Part shown: positions 39,896-52,657 of the stretch, piece after piece
How positions within the stretch are numbered: position 1 is the first letter of the stretch
How the letters are laid out: every line of letters starts with the position of its first letter
From: Paraglomus brasilianum
Lineage: Eukaryota
Length of the DNA: 59,185 nt
NCBI GenBank assembly: GCA_910592345.1
Contig: CAJVPI010000081.1
Location: forward strand, 1 to 59,185
Direction of reading: 5' to 3'
Notes under the pieces: model-generated
What the model was told of the DNA's origin: nothing
Databases searched by the model: none
The model's input: the letters and a program-made list of their open reading frames with translations, nothing else
Made by a program: the position numbers and the translations under genes

Positions 39896-40432
39896 TCATC
39901 CTAGCCCGGCCGGCCCGGCTCGCCCGGCCAGCCCAGCCCGCCTGCCCCATCCTGAATTTTTAATCGCCATCTCGACTGCACAATGTCCCCAATCGTTCCC
40001 ATGATTATGTGAATTTTCAACTAGTCCCGCTCTCTGCAAAGCTTGAGCGTCTGAAAGGCACGTCAGAACTCCAAATACAACAGGAATACCAGTATCTAGC
40101 CCAACACTCATTAGACCATGACTGACAGCTTCTGCGATATACTCGAAATGCATAGTGTCGCCTTTGATTAAGACCCCAATAGCTATGGCAACCTGGAACC
40201 GTCCGCCTTGCAAGATCCTTTTTGTTGCAAAAGGTAATTCATAAGAACCGGCGACGTCTTCGATATGTATGTTGCTACGATTGACTCTGTGGGAGGTTAG
40301 AGTGTTAATGGCCCCCTCGACAAGAGAATCCACGATTTCGCTATTCCAGCGCGTTTTTACGATCAAGACGTGGAGGGATGAGCCGTTATATTGCCCTGTA
40401 GGTGCTTTCACACCTTTTGTGAAGGACTCCAT
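39896..40432 (-). CDS. RIB4: 6,7-dimethyl-8-ribityllumazine synthase, intronless
   Basis: TRWNSEIVDSLVEGA, VAGSYELP, IGVLIKGDTMHFEYIA, PVVFGVLT, QALQRAG, HNHGNDWGHCAVEM. Confidence 0.96.
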   Translation of the reverse strand: MESFTKGVKAPTGQYNGSSLHVLIVKTRWNSEIVDSLVEGAINTLTSHRVNRSNIHIEDVAGSYELPFATKRILQGGRFQVAIAIGVLIKGDTMHFEYIAEAVSHGLMSVGLDTGIPVVFGVLTCLSDAQALQRAGLVENSHNHGNDWGHCAVEMAIKNSGWGRRAGLAGRAGPAGLG

Positions 40433-41147
40433 GCTTCTAGCAGTATGTGAAGATGGTGTGAATTTTTAGAAACTACCATTTCTATGTGCACAAAAAATCA
40501 AAGACGGTCACGTTACTGTGCCGTTGGTTGTTTTTAGATTTTAGATTGTCTCACACATATACAATGTCATGTGACTATTACAAAGTACAAAGTTCCGGTT
40601 TATCCCATAATTATTGTTGGTTATACAAATACAACTTGCCAACAAAATCTGTCATGTTTCTTTAAAAGGGCGCGTGGCGGGACTCATTGTCCGTATGTAA
40701 TGCCACATGGGTTTTTTGGCCTGTGCAGAATCGTCATCAAGAGATTTTGCGCGCATAATTTTTAGGAATTCAAATGGACGGTTAGCCTTGGCTCCGTTTT
40801 GAGCTGGCGCTGTCCCTTTATTATCAAGAGTTGGGGGCGTGTTCAATGTTTATGCAGGGATAAATATTAAGGAATAAAAAATGTGAATTCTTACAAATGG
40901 GATTATCTGCGACCCCAGGCTAACAATATGTATTCGTTCAACACGATGCTTTTAAAGTTTATTACGATTTGTATTCAACCGGAATGAAAGTTCGAACTTC
41001 CAGCTAGTACCCTCAGATACTCTATTGATTTGTCTCCAAGCCTACAATCATTGACATTATTCACATAGACAAATTATATACGTATATACAGATATATACT
41101 TTCGAGATCATAGTTTCTAAGACACAAATTATTATTTCTCTTTCGAA

Positions 41148-42604
41148 TTAGGTCGAAGCAGATTCGGCCACGGTTTTGGGTTTACATTCATTCTCACCAA
41201 TAGGACGAATATACACAGAATCCGGTGGATGATCTTTCTCCCCTTCTTCGAACGTATAACTGCTGGCTATTGCCAAATACTTTCCTTCAAAGTTGAAGCT
41301 TAGACTGGCGACACTGGTAGGAAACGGAGGGTACTGGCGAAGACGTTTTTTGTTGAAACCATCCCAGATGTTGACTATCCCATCCGCGCCGCCTGATGCA
41401 AACGTACCGTGACTAGTTGAACGGGGAAAAGGGATGAATTTAGTGAAAAGTAGACAGTAATAAAAAAAAAACAAAAAAACTCCCAGTAGAATGCTTGATA
41501 CATACATTGGATGAAATGCTAGCGCATTTGCGGGGTACACAGTATCAACGCCGTCTATTATTTTACGATGACACTTGAATGCATATTTCTTCGCTTGCAC
41601 ATCGGGTGCAGGATCAAAGAATTCGACAGCCACACGTCCCTCGATTGAACTACAGGCATAACCTATACAACGCCAATACACGTTAGTTATCGATCGTTAA
41701 ACGTAATCTACACCATTTCCAAACAAAGCGTGCTGGAAACCGATAACTCTTCTTGATGGTAAACCTTGTCCATTGGGCATGCATTTTACGCTGCGGGTCA
41801 TAAACTTCAGACTACTCTCCCGTCGTTGTATTGGCTCGGCCATGTATCGTATATCATATATAAACACGTGTCTTCCGGCCATTGCTACTACTAATTTGTA
41901 TTGAACTACGTCTAATGCGAAAACTTTATTCGGTTGTGCATGAACACCAATTGAGGCATCCTTTTCACGGATGTCCCATAGACGAACAGTCTTGTCCCAT
42001 GATCCAGTGACAATTACACCTGAATAAAGAAATAGAGGGAGGAGAAAGGATGTTTATTTAGAATTGGGAATGAGGGAAAACGTGGAAAATAAAATAGAAT
42101 GAGAATGTTGACTTACTGTTGTCTTTACAGTATTCTACACATTTGACACCATCATCGTGTGTTCCAATAATGGATTCATTCGTCGTGTTAAAATCGAATC
42201 TATCGATAGTGAAGTGATCGTCAAGGATTAGCAATTTGGTTTTACAAAGTCAGGTGTAATTGCTACAGATCGCGTTATTCACTCACTTGGTCAGACTCTT
42301 ATCTAATCCACCACTGAATGCATGTGCACCATCTGAGAAACAGCAGTCGAGTACGGCTGCACTGCACGCGTACGTTTGTCGTAGTTGGTTGTTTTGTATG
42401 TCATAGAGTCTTACACTCTAATAACCAAGTTCTATGTAGTGAGAACAATTGAGCAATCTCTCCTTCCCCACTCTATTCTCAATACACGCAAACCCGTCCT
42501 AATACCTTGTCCCAGGAGGCCACCAGTAACAGGTGTGGATTAGTAGGGCTAAATACTACAGACGATATTGCGTCGGATGGCGGATCATATAACTCGTATT
42601 GCAT
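41148..42604 (-). CDS. BUB3: Mitotic checkpoint WD40 protein Bub3, multi-exon
   Basis: [83 protein letters not shown]. Confidence 0.93.
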
Positions 42605-42699
42605 AATTTGTTCTCGTTCCAGTTCGTTTATTTGTTTTTTGTTATTATTATTATGATGGTGACAAGACTGATCATTTACTTTCTGTGTATCCACTGAAC

Positions 42700-42885
42700 T
42701 GCTACGTAATTAAAATGGATCGGGGCCTAATAATATAATGAATACTAATTAATATTTGTACCCCACACGCTACTAATACTTAGAATCGGGTCCTCATATT
42801 AATATTAATACTAATTAATATTTGTAACTCAGGATCACGCGCTACTACAACTGTACCCGGTCTAATACTAATTAATATTTTACTG
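42700..42885. repeat. About 3 degenerate tandem units (57-66 bp) with the core AATACTAATTAATATTT in the BUB3/CABLES divergent promoter
   Basis: Identical 17-mer at 42741, 42807 and 42864, with shared flanks ATCGGG(G/T)CCT and CGCTACTA. Confidence 0.8.
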
Positions 42886-43362
42886 TACAAAACGAGGGCG
42901 CACGCTGAAAGATTTCAGGGGATTCAGCTACTGAAACTATAAAAGAATGGACGACAAATGAATCTACCATAGTTTCGAAGAACTTTCCATTCATAACGAT
43001 TATGCAATAGGGGTTGAATGCTTGATTGTCCCCTTTTATCCAGCCACCCTAATCATTCATTCAAATGTCAAATGTAATCTTGCATAAAGCAGACTTGTAA
43101 AACGCTTAATATACTGACTTATTTATTCTAGTTCGAAGGCTTTAAAATCGAATTACTGTGTATCATAATAATATAACGCGAAATAAAGTAGCAAAAATCA
43201 TATATATATAAATATGGGGTTCAAATGTTTGACCCCTGAAATGTTCATGTGGCGTATTATGTTTGGTTCTGATGTTAAATATTCCCACTGTATAGCACAC
43301 GTTTGATACTTCACTTGCTTTCGAGCAAAACACCCTGCCAACTTTTATTCACTATCACACCA

Positions 43363-46065
43363 ATGACCACAGCCTCAACTCGTCGAATACAAAGTAGACG
43401 AGATAATTCACGACAAGCTGCTTTTTCCTTTCTCTCGAACATCAGCCTTGGTACTGAGAACGCTTTCACTCAAAACAATCGTCGGGTAACAGGAGTTCCC
43501 GACACTTTCGGATCCAGCAATCTAATATCTGTTGACAGTTATGAAAAACGACCTCAACCGAATACTCAGCATTTTACTGATACTAGTAAAAGTAAACTTA
43601 ATGGTTTACGTATTGACACAAAACGAAGTAGAGACCCTGACAAAACGTTACCGGTGTATCCCGTCGACTCTTCAAATGGTCAAGTCCCTCTTGGTGGAAA
43701 CGTATTCTCTAACGGGGAGACTTCCACCATAGAACAAGACGACGAAGACGAACCTCCTTTGTGGAATAAACGCAGTAGAAGCGACAGCGTACGCGCACAG
43801 GCGGCAACCAGTTTCTTGAGTAATATCAGTCTTGGTGGAAAGGACGGTAGGCCGCACCGCATATCAAAAGAGAACGAGAGTGTATCAGTCAAAGACAAGA
43901 CAAAAGGCTTGGAGACTGATGCAATTATTGAAGAAGAGATTGTAGAGAGCTTGTACGGGCCTGTTATAGATGGTCGGGGCAGAACGAATTCAGGTTTGTT
44001 TGAAGCTGGATTATGTTATTATAATTACATTTGTGCAGTGTCCCTGTGATAAAGAATGCTTTATGATTTGCATCATTATTCATTTTTCAATGTCTCGCCT
44101 CTTTTATGACATGTTTGAATCATCAGTGTCTTCCGATGACACGAGTTCATCCCTTTCATTATCACCTTCCCAATCTCCTCTCGGAAGCTGGCAACAAGAG
44201 GGAATGCGTCGAACGAGTATAGTTCGCCACGGATCATACAACACCAACAATAACAGTTACATAAATCCCACATCTTTTAGTACAAATTTTAACAATTCGG
44301 CTCGAGCCAATGCCTCGCAGCAAAATATGATTCTTCCGACAATATCGGTAAGCTTGAGGCGCAAATAGAAATAGTATGAATGACAAGCTTGCAATGGTTT
44401 ATTCACCGAGAACTCTCAGGTATCTCCTACAAACTTGGGTGTATTTTCTATATTGAAGGGAGGTGATGATAAAACGAGTCGTCGGGATTTGTAAGTATAT
44501 ATTACAAAAGACAATACGGTTTCAAACGTCAACTTGCTTGTATTTGTATTTGGCAATCGAAATACAATGACTAAAATCGTCTATTAATTAAGGAGGAGGA
44601 AGCATAGTATTTCTGAGAATCCAAGTCGAAGACAGGTAAGTATTATTTTGTATTAGCATATAGATAATAGCCACTATGTCTGATCTTTTATCAAAAACGC
44701 GTTGTAGGCTCAGTCTTATGCGTATTTGTTATCGCCGACTAACGCATTGGGGTAAGTACATTAGCAAAAAAGTATGCGGTTTATTTGTTTAAACGTTGAC
44801 ACAATAATATCAACTAAATCTTGTAATAGTTCAGAGAATGACAAAACTGGTTACGATCCATATGATCTCGACGATCCCAATATAAGTCTTGGGAAACGTC
44901 GACCATCAAAAGCCTTCTCATCCTTTATGGTAAATATCTTTTCGGCAATACAATTATCTCGGACAAACATGTTGGTCTCCGATCTATAATAATGCGTAGA
45001 ATTCACTTGATAGTGAGAACAGAAACATCTTATAGTATATTTATACTATTTTGCGTGTTTGATATAACGAGTTTTGACTGTCATATTCCCAACGTTATTA
45101 ATATTCATATGTTCTTCTTGTAGGGCTCAATAATGTCTTACAGTCGTGAATCCGACGAAAAGCGAGAAGCGAACGAAACATTCCGTCAAAAACATCCACA
45201 AATTGATACTGGTATCACATTGAGTAAAATAAGAACTATAAAAGAAAAGCTATTGGCAGCAGCTAGGAATGAGGTTAGCCAAAGATGAGAATGTGAGATA
45301 AATATTATACAAGATAATATCATATTGATGCTTACAATTTGCCATGCTCTAATATTAGAGTCTTAATCTGGACTTGGAACTATCGACTGTCGCGATGGCT
45401 TATTCTTACTTTGAGAAACTTATTCACAAGGTAAGGGCAAACAATAATATTAGATTGGTTGAAACTATGAATCTAACATTATAAATTTTCATCTATATAG
45501 AAAGCTGTAGACAAATCGAATAGGAAAGTCATAGCTGGTGGGTTAAATATAATCTTGAAATTGAAACTGCTTGTTATTGGGCTCTATTAATAAGGCTTGC
45601 TTGTATCAATTTAGCAATATGTTTGTTTTTGGCTGTAAAAGTCAATGAACCACGTGCCACTGGGCTCGGTTCATTACTAGATGTAAGTATGATTTCCACT
45701 TGGACTGATTGTCCTGTTGTTGCTTTTATAATACATTGCTCATGTCTGACTGACATTAATGTTCTTCAAACCACAGTCTTTGCACAAGCACTTGGATGTT
45801 AATGAAAAAGAAATAAAAGATCATGAATTTTCCGTATTTGCAGCGTTAGATTTTGCATTGATGTTGCCAAACGAAGAAATAATGCCACATTTTGAAAGGA
45901 TATTTAGAACTTTGGGTTAGTAGTAATGATTATGTTAATTTGTATCTTTGTATCTTTGTAAGGGGAATAAGACATGGATCTGACTATTTGTTCTCTGCAG
46001 AATACAAAAGCACTGAAGAATATCTTGGTCCAAACCCATTTTACACTTCTTCCGGGATAAGCTGA
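43363..46065 (+). CDS. CABLES-like atypical cyclin (CDK5 and ABL1 enzyme substrate homologue), about 12 exons
   Basis: N-terminal RQAAFSFLSNISLG, YDPYDLDDP...GKRR...FSSFM|GSIMSY, NETFRQKHPQ...TLSKIRTIK, STVAMAYSYFEKLI, KSNRKVIA|AICLFLAVK, EFSVFAALDFAL...PHF. The order matches animal CABLES1/2 as I recall them. Confidence 0.82.
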
Positions 46066-46249
46066 CGCTATCGGAGATTGACTTCCATATGAGAATGAAA
46101 ATCGATATTTTATATTTTCTTACCTCTATACAATGAAGATATACGCGTTAACGTCGATAATATGACGTTGACTGTTGATGAGATTAAATTTGAAGGACTT
46201 TGGGCATTGCAACAGAAATAAACGAACAATTTCAATTACGTTACTGCAT

Positions 46250-46303
46250 TTGTGTGTGTGGGTGTGTGGGTGGATGTGGGTGTGTGGGTGGGTGTGTGTG
46301 TGT
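46250..46303. repeat. Imperfect (GT)n/(GGGT) microsatellite
   Basis: Seen directly in the sequence. Confidence 0.9.
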
Positions 46304-47963
46304 CTCTAAGACAATGTAGATATTCACAACCTTGGGTCCAAAAGCCTGCATTTAGAAGAGCTAATACAGTGAATTCGCTTGGATATATTTGCAAACGAAA
46401 TACTGTATAGAATGTAAATTAAATATCGTCTTGTAATAAATTCAACAAACAACAGTCCCATAAGGAAAGACTGACAATGCGGAAAGCAGTAAATAACTCC
46501 GACGCATCAGACGCAGACGCAAACGTAATATCAATTACTACAGACTTTCTCAACAGTGTTGTTTTCTACCATTGGGATTCCTTATCAACAACAATAGGTT
46601 GTTGGGACTGCTCTTAATGTCATTTCGCATCAGTAATTCATAAACGTCCAACAGTCGTTGGGTTGAATTCTAAGTCAAAGGTTTGTCTTGACCCATTTAG
46701 CAATATTTACATGGGATGTTATCTTTGTATTTGAGAACAAGGCTCGTCAATGTAGCTTTCTTCTATTATCATTCCTTAATGGTTATTGAATCGTAGAACA
46801 GAACATGCACTTACCCCACAAGTCCAATGTGGGACCATATTATTTCCCGCAGTTAGAATGCATTTGTCATGTGTCGTTAAGTCATGCGCAACAAGAGATA
46901 GTATTGTGCTAATAATAGTCAATATTCGATATCTATGATGCTTGGGGCCTGTGCATGCATTCACTCATGCTCATACCAAAATTAGTATTTTCTATGTCAA
47001 TGTCTAATAATGGTCTTTATTTGAATGAATATTTGTACATATCGTTTGTTTACATCAGTAGACACACTTTGTATTTACTTTGTATGACCCACAATGATCA
47101 AAGATTATCAATTGTTGAGAACAGTGATTATCGAGAATAGTGATCATCAATTGTCTATGAGATTGTAACTAGCGAGGAAGCTTATATATTGTATGTCCTT
47201 TACTGCCCAATAAGGAAATTTCAATGGCACGGTTGCGCAATACATTAAAAATTTGTTTTCGTAACAATCGCAAATGATCCGATTATCTGCTGTATGAAAA
47301 TTTCATACTTTTCATTGACGTGGCGTTTCAAGAGAAGACACTGACTAGCCTAAATGGAATTTGGATCCATATGTCGATGTTTGAAAGAATTGCTTCTTTT
47401 TCAGTCAATGGTAGATCGCATCCAATTTTGGGACAAGAAAAAATGTTCCCCAATGGCGACACGCATACAAAGCTCGATTCATTTACGAAAGCCTGTAGCA
47501 TGATGTAATGTGCAGAGAAAAGTCATAGACTCATGACAACATTGCATTTTGTAAATCTTTTTTTGCGGCAAAAAAAAAAAAGAAAACAATCACTGAATTA
47601 ATAAACGACATCATTATTATTTATAGAATTTATGTATACAATATATCCCCCCAGCACAAAATAAATCTTACATAGTGGCGTAACAGTAATGAAGTATTGT
47701 AATAAACTAACAAAAGTGGCAGTAGTAATCAAGGAAATGGAGACAATCCTTCAGGAAAGAACAGAGTGAAGGAAAAAGGCCACGATCCAAAAACACCCGC
47801 GGGGTGGGCTCCGTAGAAGGTTATAAGATTTGACAAAGAACAAACAAATTAATTATTTCAATAGTGGTCAACAAAAAAATCGCAACATACAATGCATCAA
47901 CATTAATATCAGATATACAATTTTGCTCAAATTTTATTATTATGATAACAAGCGTTGTACCTC

Positions 47964-48090
47964 GGTTGGGGACCTGTCTCAGTTCGGAACCCAGTCACTC
48001 AGTCCAGAACTCAGTTGTCTCAGTCCAGAACCCAGACACTCGGTCCAGAACCCAGTTGTCTCAGTCCAGATCTGAGGCAGGTCCCCAACC
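47964..48090. mobile_element. 127-bp MITE-like element with 19-bp TIRs enclosing a 20/21-bp minisatellite
   Basis: GGTTGGGGACCTGTCTCAG ... CTGAGGCAGGTCCCCAACC (18/19 inverted match); internal units of the form CTCAGTCCAGAACCCAG(ACA/TTGT). No clear TSD. Confidence 0.75.
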
Positions 48091-49218
48091 CAACGTTATG
48101 TAAAGTTGACTTGTGGAAATATTTAAGTTTTGAAGATACATTGTTTTAGTAATTTTCTTTGACAAGATTATTGTTGAACTTGTTTAATTAACTATCTATA
48201 TACATGCTTTTGGGTGGGGTTTGAATTTTTTTTTTTCAATAGGAATACAAAGTTCCAATTTAATAAGGTTTGAAAAAAGAATTTTAGAGAATTGTACAAC
48301 GCAGGGTTTATATCAACATTGTCTTTTACTTGGCTAGAAAAAAGTTGGATTATGTCTTTAAAATAAGTCCGTAACATACAACTTGCACTTATTATTATGT
48401 AAAGTGATTTATCCAACAGCTCGTTGTACAATAAAAGTTTATTTTTACCGATCATGCCTAAATTGCGATTCGTCTGCCCGACGGTTTTTCAAATTGTAAA
48501 CTCCCCATATATTCGTCAATCCGTCTGTCAGACGGTTTCATATCGATCAGAATCGATAAAATCGACTCTTCAAGAATATTTTAATATACATTATTTATAC
48601 ATAATACAAATATATTAACTTTGTTATTGATTTGAGCGTTGTGGGACAGATCGCTATTTGGTCGGATCGGGAAACTATATATTGTTAACTGACATTACAT
48701 GGCACTTCTACTCTTGCTAGACTAAACGGCCCGAGATACCTTTTCTGAATGATGTTAGCACATTTGGTGACTTGAGAGATTGTTTCTATTACCTACAACA
48801 ACCCACGCATGTTGGTATTCATTTTTAATGCAGGAATACTTTTAGCGTTCAATCGTAGGTGTTGTTAATAAAGGAACACAAACTCCATGTTTAACGCCAT
48901 AAATGTGTTTAATACAGAATAATAATAATAACTCTTAACTTGCGTTTAAACATTTGTTCCAATAAAATACATATAAAAATTTTAAGCTTATAATCAAATC
49001 ATAATCTTATACTATCATTATTCCAGTCGATGTCTCCTTTTTTGACCACATTTGGCAAAGACTTTGCCTGGCAGCTAATCAAGGAACACCCAGAGATATT
49101 GACATCTGAGAATACTTAGCCACTAGATCCAATTCACCAAAGTCAGTATGGTTATTGTTGGAAGGGACTTCTACTTGGGCTTGGGCAGAACTTACTTCTT
49201 GCGGGTTTTCTTGAATGT

Positions 49219-51081
49219 CTAGTTCAGAATTGAAGTCGGCAAGAGTTCTTCGTGAACAAATTTTAGCAATTTTGGCTGTTTCGAATAACTTCCAAAAATG
49301 TTACCCTCTTTCAAAGAATCTAAGCGCTTGATAAACTTGTGAATTTGTGTTCTGAACACATCGGTAAATTCCCCTTTTCCATGATAGCATTCATAAAGGA
49401 CGTTTTGCCATTCTTGTTGTAAATCCGATTTTTCTTTCTTTACGTGCCTGTTTGTCCGTTTCTTGGAATTTGCTTGCATAAATGGGGTGACTTCCTTCAA
49501 GTCCGGAGTCCGAGTTGTCCGCGGCGGGTGAAAATCGACCTTGAAATTAAAAAGTTTGGCCAAGTATCCTTCAAATACGCATTTGACTATAAAATCACTC
49601 GAGCATGTTTTGATCAATTGTAAACATTGTGGTTCAAACGGAACTTTGGCCTTGTAGTATTCGTTGAAAATAGTATCCGATTCGGCCACATGTTGAGGCG
49701 TGTTTGCTGACTGAGATGTCGCTATTTTTACCATTATAATCTCTCTCATCAAATACTTTGTAACTAGAGACTGTTTGCCAAATTTTACCAACATGTAACG
49801 ATATACGATAGGCGTGTACTGAAGGCGTGTATGTAAGGTTAACTTAGTCATGTCCAGGTTATTATCAACAATCCCGTAATTTTCAAGGGCAGAGATAACT
49901 TCAAATTGGGGGTCATCAATTCGATCAAGTATATAATCTAGCACATCATGTCGCTTGAGGCTTTTGTCTGGATGCAACAGTTCTCTCAAGCATGTAGAAA
50001 GTATTGTGTTGCTATTCAGATCGCGAACAATGACAAATGCATCTATCAATACTTCTCCTATATCTTTCAACCTATGCTCGAATAGAACCAGAGCGTCTCC
50101 GATCAACCCATCTGTTAGTTTGAATCCAATGCTTTGCAGATCATTTAGTTGTTTTACGACTTGATCTAAACCTGGTTTAACCCAACAAGCTGTTGGGGTA
50201 GGAGGATAAAGAATTAATAACGAGCCTTGCATGACAAGATCATTTACATCGTGAACAACTTCATTGTATCCAATTTTTTTCCAGACATTCACTAAATTGG
50301 GATGGATGAGTATAGCCCGAGCAATGACATTCAATTGACGAACATTCTCGTAGCCATCAGTAGGTGGATAGTCATCGTAGTTAACAGAGCGTGACTCTGT
50401 ACTCTCAGGAATATGCCTTCGGATTTTGGGCCTTGGAGGAAAGGGCGCAAATCTAAAAGTTGTGATCAACCTTTCAATTTCGTTTATGTTATCCTGCAGC
50501 TTTTTTCTTGCTTCGCTAATAACTAGCGGACCAGCTGAAAGATAATAAAACGATTCCATGTCATTTCCGCGCACCGGGATGTCGTTTCCGTCAAATCGGT
50601 CATGGCCCTCTTTGAGAATTCTAGAAAAAACGTTGAACGGTAGATTGCTCGCCCACGGGCTTCGGATTTTACTCTGAATAATTTTTTTACGATCCGGATC
50701 GAGCGGTCTTATGTTGTGTGTTAACTTGAGATCAATAAGCCTGCTGTCATACTTGCCAAATCCAAGCATCACCCGCTGAATAAAGTATCGGCTGAGATGG
50801 ACTTTTTGAGCAAATAGACAGTCGACTACTTCAACATTAATGAATGGCTCGCCCATTCTTACTGCATGAAACAGTGCATGAGTTTTACCATATCTGTAGG
50901 TCAGCCACCTGGCTTTTGTGGCAGGTGAGTTTACTGTGGCGTACCAAGCACGGGAGCATCGAGCGAGTGGTGTAGGATTACTCAAGTGGAGAATAATTTC
51001 TACTTTAAGTTCAGTCGCTAACCCGTCTAAATAATTACGCGCGGTAAACGTTGCAAATATATATTCGCTGTTAGTTTCCAT
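49219..51081 (-). CDS. Intronless uncharacterised protein with F-box-like N-terminus, paralogue 1 (620 aa from first ATG)
   Basis: Long uninterrupted ORF with LDGLATELKVEIILHLSNPTPLARCSRAWYATV; collinear with paralogues 2 and 3. Confidence 0.85.
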   Translation of the reverse strand: METNSEYIFATFTARNYLDGLATELKVEIILHLSNPTPLARCSRAWYATVNSPATKARWLTYRYGKTHALFHAVRMGEPFINVEVVDCLFAQKVHLSRYFIQRVMLGFGKYDSRLIDLKLTHNIRPLDPDRKKIIQSKIRSPWASNLPFNVFSRILKEGHDRFDGNDIPVRGNDMESFYYLSAGPLVISEARKKLQDNINEIERLITTFRFAPFPPRPKIRRHIPESTESRSVNYDDYPPTDGYENVRQLNVIARAILIHPNLVNVWKKIGYNEVVHDVNDLVMQGSLLILYPPTPTACWVKPGLDQVVKQLNDLQSIGFKLTDGLIGDALVLFEHRLKDIGEVLIDAFVIVRDLNSNTILSTCLRELLHPDKSLKRHDVLDYILDRIDDPQFEVISALENYGIVDNNLDMTKLTLHTRLQYTPIVYRYMLVKFGKQSLVTKYLMREIIMVKIATSQSANTPQHVAESDTIFNEYYKAKVPFEPQCLQLIKTCSSDFIVKCVFEGYLAKLFNFKVDFHPPRTTRTPDLKEVTPFMQANSKKRTNRHVKKEKSDLQQEWQNVLYECYHGKGEFTDVFRTQIHKFIKRLDSLKEGNIFGSYSKQPKLLKFVHEELLPTSILN

Positions 51082-52657
51082 CGTAGTTGTGAATTCCAAG
51101 TAGAAATTAGCTTATTATGATTGGGTTTCAAATCTGTTTTACGGGCCATCTTTTTGTTTAACAGATAGCTGAAATTTATAACCATATCTCCGGAGAACTA
51201 GAAAAAACTTTTTTTATTTTACTCTATAATACTTTTACTATACTTTCTACTGATTAGTCTCAATTCTTTTACCCCATTTGGGTCTAATGAATGGAAAGGT
51301 AATACAAAAACAACAAAGGACTTTGTTTGTAGATCGAGTTGAAATTACGCCATCATTTGACTTTAGATGAAGTCGTGCTACAAACATACAACACTCTTTA
51401 CGGAACAGTGCTCCGTTTGTCTTCTACCTGTTTTTTCAAAGAGAAAAAATGTTAGTCTTCAGCGAATATGTATTGTGAGCGTCGGCTCACTTTCAATAAA
51501 GTTATCTATAACATCTATTCATTAACCCTGTTGTCCTGATTTAGGGCTTTGTTTTTGTTACAAAGCACCCTTTCAAAATTTACCACACAAGCCGTTTTAT
51601 TTCTATCCCTTTCAATAATTGCTTCGAAGGGACGCTGCATTTCATTCAAAATAAAGGTACCGTGTCACATGCATCGACAATAGATAGCATTCAAATTTAC
51701 CCTAATTAGGCTCGACAAAAAATTAGGATCAACAATTCCGGTAGTACTGAATGAAATAGTATAAAAAAGTGTCGGGAGATGCCGGAGTTTGAGAATCACG
51801 ATGCGTAGATATCTATCCGGTAGAATATTACTAACGGTCTCCGAGAAATAAGTGTACCAAAGCTATTAGCACTTGTATACCAAACCCGCAATATTATTAG
51901 CAGAGAATCGAAGTGGACGTTCAAGCATATTAATATACATGTTTTATATTTTAGTCAAATTTACTTGATAATGATAACAGCTCGTTATATTAGTAAACAA
52001 CAGTCATTACGGAGAGTCGAATATTGTATACATATTTGATAGTTGTCACAACACTAGAGCTGGTTAGTTTTGTTCCGTTCTTTTTACAAGCGCTGCGACC
52101 ATCTATTACTATGCATCACCTTGACAAATTACTCTTGACTGTACTTTGTTCGCTATTTTGTTCGTAGTGGAAGTGACATCTTCTAGTTGTAAAAAGTCTG
52201 ATGTCTCTAAAATCTTACTCAAACTTCTGTAAGCGACTTTTAAATTCCAGAAGCTTATCTGAATCAGCGCTTTCCTGCAAGAAAAGTAGGTCTAGTCGTC
52301 TAGTCCACAATTTTTAACTGCTCAATGTCTGATGAAATTTATTAGTCGATGATCGAAGGATTTGGTGGAAACCATATCGACTAGTTTGTTTCGAAACTCG
52401 AAGAATGAATTTATAACAGATACGTTGGCAAAGAAATTTGAAAACGACTCCGTCTCATCAAATATGATAAGGAAACCCAACAATGGCGCAGAAAGTAGAT
52501 TTTAATTTAGCACCCAAGTATTTTACCAATAAATGTAAAGATTTGAGAGTCTCAAACTGTCCATATTTATTACTCGTAAATCGGGGTCTTCGCTTACGTT
52601 GTTCTTTATTATCAAGCTACAGATATTTAATTTAACTTATAAGAGAGATTGAAAATT

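Noticed and set aside
40433..41100. FMN riboswitch upstream of RIB4, and the short ORF 40652-40846
   Set aside because: No RFN consensus is visible and FMN riboswitches are bacterial; the ORF has a non-ATG start and no recognisable motif.
46364..46408. TA-CAGT...ACTG-TA 40-bp imperfect palindrome, possible minimal Tc1/pogo relic
   Set aside because: Too short and degenerate to tell from chance.
47280..47590. Possible non-LTR retrotransposon C-terminal relic before an A-rich tract
   Set aside because: Motif similarity is too weak and interrupted by many stops.
47964..48090. CRISPR-like repeat array
   Set aside because: Units are contiguous with no unique spacers, the context is eukaryotic, and there are no cas genes.
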